From: Guillardia theta CCMP2712
Lineage: Eukaryota > Protista > Cryptophyta
DNA length: 64,000 nucleotides
Reading direction: 5' to 3'
NCBI RefSeq assembly: GCF_000315625.1
Contig: NW_005434482.1
Coordinates: 22,338 to 86,337, forward strand
Positions 25,373 through 38,169 of the stretch are shown one piece after another; positions within the stretch are counted from its first letter, which is position 1; every line of letters begins with the position of its first letter. The translations under genes were made by a program, and so were the position numbers. Under the pieces are notes generated by a model, which saw nothing but the letters and a program-made list of their open reading frames with translations, ran no database searches and was not told the origin of the DNA.

Positions 25373-26277
25373 TCATGACTTGTCACGATCATCGAAGATG
25401 GATGACTTGCGTTTCCCAAGCGGCACGAAATGTATGCTGTTGTCCCAAGAGGCTTGCTTCTTCTTTTTGGAGATGTTTTGAAAGTATTTCTGGGCGTGCG
25501 ATCGTACTTGAGCGACAGTGCGCGTTCCGATGTCCATGGCGATGAGGTTTGCGACGTGGGGGCCAAGCCCCACGAACATCTTGCCATCCCCGTCCTCTTC
25601 TCGCTTCGTGTTGATGTTGTACTTGTTCAGGGCTTCAAGAAACTTGGCATGCTCCTCTTTCGTCCACATCATCCTTGGCTTTTCCGATGGAGATCCTCCT
25701 CCTTCTGGGCTGGAGCCAGTATTCCTCGCGCCTTCCGGCTTACGTTGTGCAGCATTGCTGCTAGAGGAAGGCATCGAGTGGCTTGCGTCCTGGTGAAAGA
25801 GCAAATGGGGTGTAAACCTGCACGGATGACCTTGAACCTCTGCTGCAGGGCTGACGAGCAGTGTTGGATTACAGCTGAGCTGTCGATGAGCAGGGTCGCG
25901 AAAGTCCAGAGGAGAAGAGAGAACAGGAGCTGGCAAAGCTGCACACTGAAGAGGCTCGTCGAGGCTGATGGTATGCGGGCGCGGCATATCGCACTGAAGC
26001 AGCGCGGTTGAAACCGAATGGTCGAAGTCGAACTTAGACGGCAGGTGGTTTTGTACCGCACCCGCTAGGTTGACGGAAGAAGAGGAGGGGTTGAGAAGAT
26101 AGCATGCTGGTTGGCAGCATAGGAAGCTTGCCTGTCGAAGTCTGCAGAGAGTTCGCTGGAAGGGAGAGCCGATGTTTCCGTATCGATCGGGCAAGGGTGC
26201 GGCCAGCCTTGCTCACCCTCAGGGAACAAAGCCGCGATAGCGTCGTCAATGCTCAGTGTATCTGGTTTCTTCTGCAT
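25373..26277 (-). CDS. SHAQKYF-class MYB transcription factor (MYB-3), two exons
   Basis: join(26217-26277,25373-26064) with a GT-AG intron at 26065-26216 gives 250 aa; WTKEEHAKFLEALNKY...IGTRTVAQVRSHAQKYF; N-terminal DAIAALFPE shared with MYB-2. Confidence 0.88.
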
Positions 26278-28515
26278 CCTTGACCTGCAAACAGACAGCC
26301 AATGTCAGTTGAAGTGATAACACTATCAAAACACGCAAGCTGCAGAGCTGGATACTGAACACTAGGAATACTTCACATCAGGCTGTTTCAAGTCATGAGG
26401 AGTTGGCCGCAGGTATATCTCCCTCTCTTGCAGCAAAACAAGCGATGAGGGTCAGGAAAACCAGAAGACGTTTATGACCATCTAAGTTAGTCAAGTGCAT
26501 CGCTACTTCATCAATCTCAAGGGCGTTTGTCTTTCCTGAATTTGAATGTTTTCGTACGAGTAGCAGTAAAGCGAATCACTACTTCCCTCAGCTTCTACAC
26601 ACGTACGTTGCAATGCGCTGCACAGATGTTGATGCAGAGGTATAATCAACCCACATGGACACCATTTAGTGCACTGCAGACACCAAAGGCAGGGCAAGCG
26701 TGAGCACGAGGGGATGGGCATCGCGTGGGATAGTACATGATATCTGTGTGGGAGCACAGTAGCAGCGACGCTGGCAGAGCCATCAAGCAGACGTTGGTAG
26801 TTACATGGGGAAGGAGGGGATGCTGGTAAGTGTGTGGAGGGATGTGAAGCTTCTTGCTGGAGGAGGGAAGGGGGGTGGGGGGGGAGGAATGACGGGCATT
26901 CGGGGATGAGCTTTTAGGAGCTGGGGGACGGAGGAAGAGGCGAGGGGGGCTGCAGCCATTTCCTGCTTACATGAAAAATACATCGATTGGAATATTTGCT
27001 GACACAGACAAACTGAAAAGACTCTCATCCAGTCAAAGCCAGAACCACCTGTTCTTCAAATGATGCTTTTTGGTCTACACCAACGACCCGGAGGCCAGAA
27101 ATCTCCTGAAAGTCTGCTTTTCCAGCTTTTCCACGGATTTATAGCAACTTTTTACCACATAGCGATGACATCATGAGTTATTTTACCACAGCCTGGAAGG
27201 TCTTACAAAGGTCAGCTGAAGATATTCTTGGTTTAATAACATTTTATAAATAAGGACCCAATATTATACATAAAAATCTATAATATGCCGCACTATCTCG
27301 CTATAAATAATTTTTCGCACCTACATGTCACACCTGTCACGAGCTACTTTTAGTTTCAGTCACGCCGCCCCCCCCGGGGGGGGGGGGGGGGGGGGGGGGG
27401 GATAAAAAAAATCGCGACAAGGGTGTGATGTTTATTTGGGAAAAAAATTTTTTTGGGGAGGGGGGGGGGGTTTTAGATTTTTATTGGTGACCAAAAGGGG
27501 GCTGCAATAAAGAAAGCGAGAAAAAAGAGAAGATAAAGTTGGGGGNNNNNNNNNNNNNNNNNNNNNNNNNNNNNNNNNNNNNNNNNNNNNNNNNNNNNNN
27601 NNNNNNNNNNNNNNNNNNNNNNNNNNNNNNNNNNNNNNNNNNNNNAGTGCATTGGGAATCTCGTGAGTCAAACATAGGGGTCGCACCAGTACCTCAGCGG
27701 ATGAATGGGCTAGTGATCGAGAGAGTTTGCAGAGAAGCAGACGTAGACTGATTAATACCATGATTGCAGATGAAGAACAAGTACACAACACAAAGAAGCA
27801 GGTTGAATCGATGAGCAGATGAAATGTTTTTTGTGGGGGGGGGAGGGACGGGCCGGGGCCCGGTTGAGGTTTGCTAAAAGTAGTTTTGAGTATGATTGCG
27901 GGGACGTGATGTATTTCACCTGGGTAGGGTACTTGATGCACGGGTGATGAATAAAGTAATTCAATGGGAGTATACGGGGTCCAGAATGCTCTCCGGGGGT
28001 TTCTTAGGGACAGGAGGGGTGGTCACACGCAAAGTACGAAGGAACCAAAAATGAGACTGGATGGAGGGAAAGAGGAGGGAGGGAGGAAAGAATGGAGGAG
28101 TGAGAAGGGTCAGATACGACATGAGGGTGAAGAGAGCGATGCCGTGATTGGTAATGGAGAAGAGCAAGGGGGGATGTGTGATGCGAAAGGGGGGGGAGAG
28201 ATCTTTGATGAGATCTTGTGGTTTGAAGAAAGCGAAAGCGTGATTAGTTCGACCGACTTCGTTTCTCTCAGAAGGGATCGTATGACTTATAATATCTATC
28301 ATGATGGAAGAAAACTTGGGAAAAGGAAACTTGGTGGAATGGCCGCATGCAAAGGAGCCATGCCGCTTCGAGAACGGCAAAGCAGATTGAATTTCTCTCT
28401 TGTAGACATGAGAGGAACTGCATTGGAACGGCCGATTCCCCGCCGAATTAACTGAAAGAATTCTCAGGTAGATTGAAAGAAGCGGCGCTACCGAATCGGA
28501 CATGCTGCGCTGGAG

Positions 28516-30750
28516 ATGGAAGCTGCTGTGCAGCTTTCTCTCGGACTACCCGAGCTCAGTATGCTGGAACGGGGTTGTCGGGGAGCTGGACGTCTTTTCC
28601 TCGGTCTCGAGGAGATCATCGCTGCAGACTAGTGAGATGGATTCACTCACTGTCGCAGAGCTAACAGGGTGAGCCCGAACCTCTCTGGATTCCGCCTCTC
28701 CTTCTCCCGCTGCTACGAGCACATGCAGCCCCCTTCCCTTCGCACTTGCTCGTCCCCGCTTGTTACCGTCACCGTCACCATCACCACCATGATCACGATC
28801 ACTTCCAACAGCTATCTATGTCACTATCTATATCTTCATCGCTTCCATCGGTTGACTTGCTCCGGCCCCTTTTCTCATACCTCCACCTCTGCCCCGCCCG
28901 CAAGCCCCCTGCCTCCCTTATTTCTCCTTTTGCCTGTTGTGTTGGTTTCAAACTTGCTGATCGCCTGTCAGGCTGGGGATCACGCTGGGGATTGTGCACG
29001 TGCTCAGTGGACCGGATCATATCAGTGCCATGGTCACGTTGTCGGCAGGAGGAAGCTTTCGCGCGTACGTTCCTTTATTTGTGCTCCTGGTTTCCACATG
29101 ATTGTTCACTTACTGCCTGCTGGTCGCCGACTTGACTTGTTGGCATCTGCTCCCCATTCTCTCGCTCCGCTTGTTTCCTTTGATGTTTTCTTGTTTTGGT
29201 CTTCCTCTTCCTATCCTCCTCTTGCTCCTCTTCTTCCTCTTGCTCCTCTTGCTCCTCCCCTTCTTCCTCTTCCGCCTCCTTCCCTGCATGCCTCGTACTT
29301 GTAGCATGCTCATGCATATCGCAGGTTCTGGAAAGGCGTGCAGTGGGGGTTAGGTCATTCGGGGGGGCTGCTTCTCATGTTCGGAGTTTTTCGTATCTTT
29401 GACGAGAAGATCGACTTTGACCAAGTGGGCCAGTACGCGGACATTGTGAAAGCTGCTGGCATGTTAAGGACACCTTTGATGGTGTTGATGCAGATTGTTG
29501 GGCTGTTGATGATTCTGCTGGGGACTTACGGTAGCTGGAGAGCGTGGAAGCTTCATCGGAGTGAAACAGATCACTTAGGGCACCAAGAACTGTCTGTCAC
29601 TCATGTTTGATGACAAGACTTTACGCTCACTTGCACCTGTTGACAGGAAAGAGTTGTATGATGTGGTGGTGGACAGCAGCAGCTCAAATCTTCAAGAAAA
29701 TCCTGAACAGGACTGCAAGGTTGCACATTAGCTGTTGTCTTGTTTGACTCATAGCCATGTTGCTCACAGAGCGACACGTTTCTGAGCGATGCCACAAAGA
29801 GCAACTCTCTGCTCTCAGTCTCTGCAACGGAGATTACAATAGACGTATGAAATCTCAGCTTGTGATTTCAACTTACAGCAATCATCTTCAGAACAACGAT
29901 TATCCCCCCGAGCAACTTTCCAGCCACAAAAAAGCCGAAAAGCACTCCATCCTCCGGACGCTCAGAGCCGTCGGATCAAAGTCTTTCCCTGCATGCTGAT
30001 GCGGCTCGTTGATTATCAGGAGCAGGTCCGTCTCCCTGGTTGTCGGCCTCGTGCATGGGCTGGCAGGTGCCCTGTTCAGTCTCCCTCCTCCTCGTAGACA
30101 CTCAGAGCAACTCTGCAGGTCCCGGCGGGATCCTCGGGGTTCTCCCTGCTGTTGCGTTGAGAGACAGGTCAGAGAGGAGGGGGTCGAAGTGAAGACGAGG
30201 ACGCTGACGAGTTTTCTTAGCTTGAAGTCTGGGTTTTATCTGGGATCGTTCTGCATCGCAAGCATCTTGAGTAAGACTGGGATCTTGATCACTTGTTTCT
30301 TTTCCATTCTTTTCGGCGTTATGCTCACTTCATCTTAACAACCTCGTCACTTCAAGATTATCATCATCATCATCGATATCATCATTATCCTCACCATCAT
30401 CGTCATCATCATTTCAATCTTGATCTTCAACATCTTTATATTTCTCTTGTTTCTCCATCCTTTCTCGCTCGTCTTTCTCACTTCTCCATCGCAGTCATGG
30501 GAATCTTCTGCGCTTTCTGGGGTGAGATCACTGCGAGAGTGAGCTCGTCGAACAGGTTATGGATCACCCTCAGACAAGCATCAGCTGACCCTCAGCTGGC
30601 AGGGTGCAGGTCTGGATAATTTTCCTCTCCTCTCTCAGCTCATTTGTGGTTGGCGTGCTGTGGCTGGTCGGTCGAGCCCGATGGCGATACTCGTCTAATC
30701 TTGGATGGCAGGTGTTAGTTGCAACAGGCAAGATGAATCTGATAGCATGA
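28516..30750 (+). CDS. UreH/HupE-UreJ/NiCoT-like nickel-cobalt transporter family membrane protein (plant CGF-like), multi-exon; start approximate
   Basis: Exon peptides GITLGIVHVLSGPDHISAM; WGLGHSGGLL; VGLVHGLAG|PGGILGVLPAV; YLGSFCIASIL; MGIFCAFWGEIT. Confidence 0.8.
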
Positions 30751-31485
30751 GGAAAGGAACTGTGTCTTCCATGTTGTTTCCTGTTTTTGTGTGTTTCCCC
30801 GTGTTCCTGAGTTCGATGTTTTCGTTTGAGATCAAACTTATTTATTCAGTTTGTTAAACATGTGAAATTCGTGATTGTACAAAAACATTCTAATCATCTC
30901 ATCTTTCCTTCGATTCTGCTGACATCGGGCCTAGGAAGGCTGAGATTGTTCATCCCATGGTTAGATATGCATGTAGCTCGCTGGAGTTTCAGCCCACAGT
31001 CAGTGTCGTACGTTACTAAGATAACACCAGTCGGTGTGCTGTTATTTTTATGAAGGAAGAGAACTGAGATGAGAGCAGGAGCAGGAGCAAGAGCAAGAGC
31101 AAGAGCAAGAGCAAGAGAAGTTGTACGAGAAGAAGAGGGTGGAGGATGAGGTGTAAGAAGAAGAGGGTGGAGGAGGAGGTGTAAGAAGACAAGAACGGAG
31201 GAGGGTGGTGTAAGAAGGCAACAAGACTGGGGAGTATTGTCCCTAGAAGCAAGTACATTTCATGTATGGTACAAATTAAAAATATTATATGTCTATACAT
31301 ACTTATAAACAAGATATTGTACCGAGAACTTAACTTTTTCAGCTTTTATTTTGTACCTGGGAGCTAGCAGTACAAAGGGGCCATCGAGGGAGAGTGGGGG
31401 AAAACAGCGAAGAAGAGAGTGAGAGAGAGAGGAGAGAGGAGAGGAGGGGAGAGAGGAGAGAGAGAGGAGAGACGAGTGGGAGAAG

Positions 31486-34206
31486 ATGATGAGTCAGAAG
31501 TGGGCTGAAGGAAGCAGGCAAGAGAATGTTGGAAGGGAGGAGGGGAGGTCCCCGGTTCCCAAGGAGTTTCATCTTCACAAGATTGAAGTCATCAAGGACA
31601 GGAAGGACGTTGACAAGGTCAGGTCCGACGGAATGCGGAGGAAGAGAGATACGGAGATGCAGGAGCTACTGGACGACATTGCAAGGTACCAGGAGCTTGC
31701 TGAAGCCTTGCAGAGGCAGCTGGTGGAGGCGGGGAAGAGGCTGGTGGAAAGCGAGCAAGAGCTGAACGCGGCGAACATGTGCTGTGAGCGGCTGGAGGAA
31801 GAGATCGAAAGACTGCGGAATGACAAGACGCACCAGCGACTAGAGGATGGGCAGGAGGACGGGCAGGATGAGCGGGCAGTCCAGGGGCTGCAGCGGAGGT
31901 TGCTGGTAATGCAGCAGGAGCTTTCCGAGCTGAGGAGGAGGAACGTGGAGTTGGAGCTGAAGATGGGCCATGAGCAGGAGCTGCGAGAGGCGTTGGAGCA
32001 TGCAGAGAGCTCGAACAACGAGTACAAGGAGCAGCTGGTGAACTTTGGAAGGATCAACAGGTCCATGACGGAGAAGTACGAGAAGGAGCTGAGGAGGATG
32101 AAGAGCGAGCAGGAGGTTATGGAGGAGGAGATGAAGACGTTGAAGAAATTTCGTGAGAGGTGGGAGGAGGAGGAGAGAAAGAAAATGAATTTGGTCAGAA
32201 TTGAAAAGACCAGGGAGGAAGGAATTTGTTTCTTACCGTACACTTGTCAAGAATTCTGGAAGGGAGACAGGGAGAAGGAGGAGAAGGTGGAGGAGGTGGG
32301 GAAGGAGGAGGACGGGAAAGCAGAAGCTATCACAAAGGAAAAGGAAGATCCATCTCCTACTCTAAAAAGCGCGGTTTCAAAGGACGACAAGACAGAAGAG
32401 GTCGTGAAAGAGGAGCAAAGCGAAACGTCAAGACAGATTGATACGATCAAGTCTAAGTGCGAGCTCTACAGGGACAAAGGGTGTTTGGACTTGTTGACAT
32501 GCTTGAAGACTATGAATGAGATTCTTGACAGCAACCTTGCAGGCTTTTTTGTTCCGCCAGCTGATGAGAAGGAAATTGGAACAAAAGGTGATGGCGATTC
32601 ATTTTTTTTGTTGCGACAGTTGACAAGAAAGTTTCTCTCCTTTATCTCCTTCTGCTGTGTCGAGAACGAGAAATGCGTCATTGAACTGATATCTCTCTAC
32701 GCTGTGATCGACCAAGTCAAGGAGAACTTTGAGAGCATCGCATTTCTTACTCCTGATATCTTCATCAACATCAACAACCTTGTTGGAGAGTTTGAAAACC
32801 AATCATGCTGTCTGCGAGATCGATCAGTGAAGAGATTGCTGGAGCTAAAGGAGAAGGTTGCAGTTGTTTTGTCGAATCAGAACTCAGAGCTCAAGGACTT
32901 CACCGGCAAGATGTTGGATGTGGCAAGCGCGCAAACAAAAGTGATGGATATTCTCGAGACGGCGAAAGCTTCTTGCGACAAGTTGGACGAAGAGGAAGGA
33001 AAAGAAGATGTCGAGGCGATAGTTGTCAACGCTCTCAGGTACATCGAACAGAAAGTTCAAATTCTTGCCAAGATGATCGGCAAACTTGCCGCTTCCTCGT
33101 CTCTAAACAACTCCGCGGATGACTTGAAGCAAGAGATGTGCGGATGTTTGGAGATCTGCGACCTTTTGCTTCAAGCTCTTTCCGGTGATATCAATACCTC
33201 CGGCTCAGCGGGCAGCATGCAGTGCGGGTCCGGGGTCACTGGAGAAATGCGGTCGGGTGCTGGAAAGGAGGAGAGAAGAGGGGAGGATGGAGGGGAGCAG
33301 CAGCAGACGGGAGGGGGAAGGAGACAAGGGAAGGAGCAGCAGACGAGAATCGGGGGCAGGAAAAGCGGAGGGGATGAGGACAGTGGAAACGATGATAAGG
33401 AGGAGAAGCAGAAAAAGCAGGAGGATGATAAGGAGCAAGAGGAGCAGGAGGAGGAGGAAAATTGGCAAGAAGAAGACAGCGGAGACGACAGTGAGGCTGA
33501 TGAAGAGATTCATAGGATTGTATTCAGCCAAAGGAAATGTGAGAAAGATCGACACAAACTGTTGAGCAGCGAGCAAGAGGTCAAGGAGGAGGAGACGGGA
33601 GCACGCCGAGAGAGCATGGGAAGGACAAGGAGAAACAAGAGCGTGGTGGAGGTGCTGCTGGAGGGATCGGACTCCATGGACTTCGACGCAATGCTGGACA
33701 TCAATGAAAGTCTGCAGGAATTCATACAGACAAGGAAGAAAACTGCGCGTGGAGGGAGGGCAGGAGACATATCGCTCCTGCTTTCTCCTCCCGCTCCCTC
33801 TGATCCCACCGGAGACGATGAGGAGCAGGGAGAGGCTGAATGGCCTGTCCAAGGGAGGGCGGAGGATGCGACCGAGCAAGACACAAGTTCTCCTCCTCCT
33901 CCTCCTGCGTGGGCTACCAGGATCTCAAGGCGCTGGCGGCGAGCTTTCTTCGTGCACATGCCCAGCAGGAGGACTCAGTGGAAGTACCCTGAGGAGAGGG
34001 AGCTGAGAAGAGGCCAGCTGGTAGAGGAGCTGAGAACTGTCGAGGTCCAGCTAGAGGTGAAGAGTCTGACAGGGCTGTGGGTGAGCTGGGAGAACGTCAG
34101 AAGGGTGCTGGAGGGGGAGGGGTGGAGGCACCGGGCGGCAGTGAGGACGACGCTGCTGGCTGTGGCAAAGATGAAGCGGAAGGAGATGGAGTCCTCTTGG
34201 GTGTGA
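31486..34206 (+). CDS. Coiled-coil protein with a C-terminal WW domain
   Basis: 906-aa ORF; heptad-rich N-terminus; PPAWATRISRRWRRAFFVHMPSRRTQWKYP fits the WW pattern. Confidence 0.75.
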   Translation: MMSQKWAEGSRQENVGREEGRSPVPKEFHLHKIEVIKDRKDVDKVRSDGMRRKRDTEMQELLDDIARYQELAEALQRQLVEAGKRLVESEQELNAANMCCERLEEEIERLRNDKTHQRLEDGQEDGQDERAVQGLQRRLLVMQQELSELRRRNVELELKMGHEQELREALEHAESSNNEYKEQLVNFGRINRSMTEKYEKELRRMKSEQEVMEEEMKTLKKFRERWEEEERKKMNLVRIEKTREEGICFLPYTCQEFWKGDREKEEKVEEVGKEEDGKAEAITKEKEDPSPTLKSAVSKDDKTEEVVKEEQSETSRQIDTIKSKCELYRDKGCLDLLTCLKTMNEILDSNLAGFFVPPADEKEIGTKGDGDSFFLLRQLTRKFLSFISFCCVENEKCVIELISLYAVIDQVKENFESIAFLTPDIFININNLVGEFENQSCCLRDRSVKRLLELKEKVAVVLSNQNSELKDFTGKMLDVASAQTKVMDILETAKASCDKLDEEEGKEDVEAIVVNALRYIEQKVQILAKMIGKLAASSSLNNSADDLKQEMCGCLEICDLLLQALSGDINTSGSAGSMQCGSGVTGEMRSGAGKEERRGEDGGEQQQTGGGRRQGKEQQTRIGGRKSGGDEDSGNDDKEEKQKKQEDDKEQEEQEEEENWQEEDSGDDSEADEEIHRIVFSQRKCEKDRHKLLSSEQEVKEEETGARRESMGRTRRNKSVVEVLLEGSDSMDFDAMLDINESLQEFIQTRKKTARGGRAGDISLLLSPPAPSDPTGDDEEQGEAEWPVQGRAEDATEQDTSSPPPPPAWATRISRRWRRAFFVHMPSRRTQWKYPEERELRRGQLVEELRTVEVQLEVKSLTGLWVSWENVRRVLEGEGWRHRAAVRTTLLAVAKMKRKEMESSWV

Positions 34207-34335
34207 AGCTTTCGCCTATCATAGGACGTTGAAGGAGGAGGAGGAGGAGAAGGTAGAGGAGGAGGCGTTAACAGATGTTTCCCTAGGAGCATGTCATGCG
34301 TTTGGACATGGGCGGGCTTGTGCTTTATAACTCTT

Positions 34336-36570
34336 CTAGTTTACATCTGCATTACACACAAAAGATTTTCTCTTCATGCTGCCCTGCTGTGCCGGGCCCA
34401 CACAAACGTCGCACTGGTAGAGATCCTGTAGCGCAAGTCAGATGAGGAGAAGGAAGGAGAAGAGATGAGGAGAGAAGAGAATAGAGGCGCATGACAAGTG
34501 TGTGTGCTGTAAGGGGAGCCCAAGCAAGGCAAAAAAGTGGTGACAATGGAAGAGGAGGAGGAGAGGAAAAGGCATCAGCAACTTTACCTTATCAGAACCA
34601 CTCTTCGTCAAGGTGTTGGAGCTCGAAAGATCTGAATCTGATTCGTCGTCTTCAATCTCCTTTGCCTCCTCTCCCTCCTGTTCTTCTCCTCCTACAAGTG
34701 CCGCTGCTTCTTTCAGCACACTTTCTGCTCTTGACGACTGATTTAAACTTTCCACACAATTGAGAAGCTCGACAAAGCTCTGATCAGAGAATTCATTTCA
34801 GCGACGTTCAAGGGAAAGGCAGGAGGAGAGGTAGGAGACATGAAGGCATACAGGCAGATGAGTTGAGAAAGAAGGAAGTGACAGAGATGAAATTTAAGAA
34901 GAAGGAAGTGAGAGAGATGAAAGGAAAAAGGGAAAGAAGGAAGAAGTTAGGACATGCAAGGCGATGCAAGGAGTGAGGCAAAAGAAAGAGAGGGAGCGGA
35001 GGAAAGAATCAAGAGACAGATTCACAACAGGGAGAGGACAGCAGGCAAAGGGCGGGAGGAGACAAACGGAAGAGGAGCAAAAGGGGTAAGAAGCACAGGG
35101 GGAAGGAGGCAGGGGAGGGGGGGAGGAAGAAGAGGAAGTAGGAGGCAGGGGAGGGGGAGCAGGGGAGGCAGGGAGATCGCTTCCCCTTACCTGGAACCAT
35201 CTCCTCTGGTAGGCTTCACTGACAGGGAAGGGAAAGATCCCCATGTGATCTTGCGGATGCTCCTCCCAGTACCAGACCCCTGGCGCTGGCATCAGCTTGC
35301 AGGTTACACCAAATCTAGAGAACCAAGTCGTAGAAAACCATAACAAACACTGAGTCAACGAGTGCAACAGCAAACACGTCGCAATTCGTTTTCTCTTTTG
35401 TGATTCTACTGTCATACATCACGTCATCCTTCTACAAACAAACCATCGTATCACTCCATTGCGAACAACTTCATAACATCGTTCATTTTGCGACAGACTT
35501 CGCAGGAAGTCATTCTTCTGCAAACTTGACAATCTCCTCATGAGCTTCTCTCACCTGGCTTCACGCTACGCAAATCTTCTCGATTCAGCTTGCAGGAAGG
35601 AACATGGCCTGAGATTCCAACGACAGGAAATCTCTGCGAGTAGACAGGGCACAGGCCGTCTCCTCCTCTCTTCCACTCCTCTACGTCAACCCCCTCCAGA
35701 CCCCTCAGTCCTTCATACTTCCTCCACCTTGTCCTCCAAGACAGCAGCAGCAGAAAACTGCGACGGAACACGAACAACATCAAGGTTAAGATCCACGTGA
35801 GCATGTTCATGACGCTCAAACTTCCCTCCATCCTCGGCACTTGGTTTGCTTGCTCCGAAGTTCCAACGAAGGAGAAGTAGTAGCAGCACCCGTGCCCTCC
35901 TCCCATGCTCTCGTTGTGTTTCTTCATGGCATGGATCGTCGTGTCGTAGGCCGCGTTGTCTTCCTCCTCCACAAGGTCGCTGTGGACTAACAGACATCGC
36001 ACCAGCTTCTTGATCGCTGCTCCTGCCCCGACGTCCTTCATCGACAGCTTCCACTGCTCCAGCCCCAGCTCATACCCCAGCATCCTACCCCCGCACATGG
36101 CGAGCACGTGGACTAAGCTTCCTAGTATGCTTCCCGGGCTCAGCCGTCTGACCCGAGGGGGCGCATCTTCCTCCTCGCCCAGCGCGTAGGTTGTGAGGGT
36201 CCCGTTGAGAGGAGCAGAGAGGGAGGAGAGCGAGAGGATCCAGCTCGCGTCTGTCGCATGCCCTGGGAAGGCGCGAGCCTCTAGCAGGTGCTGCAGGTAC
36301 CGCGCTGTCGCCCCTCCCAGACTGTGACCCAGCATGTGTATCGGACGCTCGCTGCTCCACTCGCTGAACAGCCCGGGGTACAGCCTGCCATATCTCGCAT
36401 GCCCGAACCTCTGGCTGTGCTCCTCGCCGTAGTCTACCTTCCCCCCCTTGATCTGATAGAAGACCTCGCACGCTCGGTCATGCAGGCTCGCAAACCCGCA
36501 GGGCCAAACGCAGAGAACGGGGTTGAAGCAGGAATTCAGCTCTGCAACCCTTCCCCAATATTTGTACCAG

Positions 36571-36605
<35 letters not shown>

Positions 36606-36797
36606 GTCTATATTCTCCCACCCTCCTTCTGAGGGAGATGACGGGGCGAGGAAGCCTGGAACAAGAACAAGAGGATGGTTTGAGACAGATTCTTCACTGT
36701 TTGCATGCGAGGAACACTGCTCACGGCTAATATCTGAGAAGGCCTCTGCTTCGACTGCATCGAGGGCATTTGCTTCCTTCAGCCATGACGTGCGCAT
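34336..36797 (-). CDS. Alpha/beta-hydrolase lipase resembling the Staphylococcus/Geobacillus type, about 4 exons
   Basis: HPLVLVPGFL, SLHDRACEVFYQIKGGKVDYGEEHSQRFGHARYGRLYPG, nucleophile GHSLGG, DGLCP, and DHMG in the exon at ~35190-35290. Confidence 0.88.
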
Positions 36798-37079
36798 TTT
36801 TCTTTCACACTTTGTCCTACGGCACGAACTGCTTTGCTCGGCTTTGTTATGTCACGCAGCACAAGATCTTTTCATGCACCGATCTGTATCTTAGATGACA
36901 GCGTTGAGCTTGTACCTCCTCCTCCCCTGCACACACACACGCCCGACGCGGCTTCTCCTCCTGATCACATCGCCTGCTTCACGTTCTCGACATTCCATTT
37001 CGCTTGTATGTCGGGCCCGAATAGTGCGTGCATAATAGGGTAGCTGAAGATGGGGGGTGGGTACTCAAAGTTAAGTTAA

Positions 37080-37640
37080 AAATCCGATCATCATCAGTCC
37101 CCGGGCCGGCCCGGCGGGCAGGCCGGGCCCGGGCCGGGCGGCGATCGTCATCACGCGGCCGGTCACCGGTCAGGAGTCACCGTGCCACGGTCACGCCCGG
37201 CCGGGCCCAGGCAGTGTCACCGACTCGGAGTCGTCGGCTCGGATCCGATCAGCCCGGACTCTCCGAGGCCCGGACTCTCCGAGGCTCCCGGCCCGGAGTC
37301 CGCCGTAGCCTGACTCAGTAAAACTTTCCGAGCGTGGCCCTCAGGGCCTTAAAGATCGGACGGTACCGTCCAAGCCTATCAGCCGGGCCCGGCCCTCCGA
37401 GCTCGGAGGCTCGGAGACTGAGTCGAGGAGCGGCTTGACCCTGACACACCGTTCGTGTCACACTGGCAGGCCAAACGGCGAGGCCCCCGAAGAGAAAAGC
37501 CTGGACAGCCGGCGCTGACGGAGAACCAAACCTAATAATCCTGCCAACTGCTGTCCCCCAAACTTAACTGATGCCATCATCGGCGGCATCATGAGGCGAG
37601 TCCGCCGATTGCCCCGGTGCCGCAGTCGGGAGTCACGGGG
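37080..37640. other. GC-rich palindrome-dense intergenic island
   Basis: ggccgggcccgggccggg, tcggatccga, duplicated cccggactctccgaggc, ctccgagctcggag. Confidence 0.75.
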
Positions 37641-38169
37641 TGACAGACACCTGGCGATCAGATAGTAGCAAGAAAAAAGCCTTCATTTTCATGATCGAAA
37701 AAGAGTCTTTTGGTGTCTAGCGACAAACGTAAGGCATCAGGTAAGTTGACCTCTGTCGGCAATTTTTGTTATTATTATAATTTACCACGACCTTTCGTTT
37801 GCAACAGTCATGGTAGGGTAACAAAAAGCTACCCTGTACCCCCGTAAAGAAGCTTGAAAGTACCCCTCATGTAATAGGGTGAAGTGCATACAAGGGTAAC
37901 GTGATTTTCTTCGGCGGCGAGCCGTGACGTATGAATGCTTACGTTCGGTCTGTCCACCCCCCCACCCCCCATTAAATCTATGTACCCTCAGGTCGTGTTT
38001 AGTTGAACCACTCCACCCCATCCTCTGAACAAGCTTTAATGATACTTGCACCGGTAGACATTGCACCCGACCTACTCGATTACTTCAATAAAGTTCCTGA
38101 TACCGGTGGTGGGTAGAAATTGGCTTTCTATTAAAAACCCAGTGGTCGCGAAGCAGAGTTGTTGGTGCC

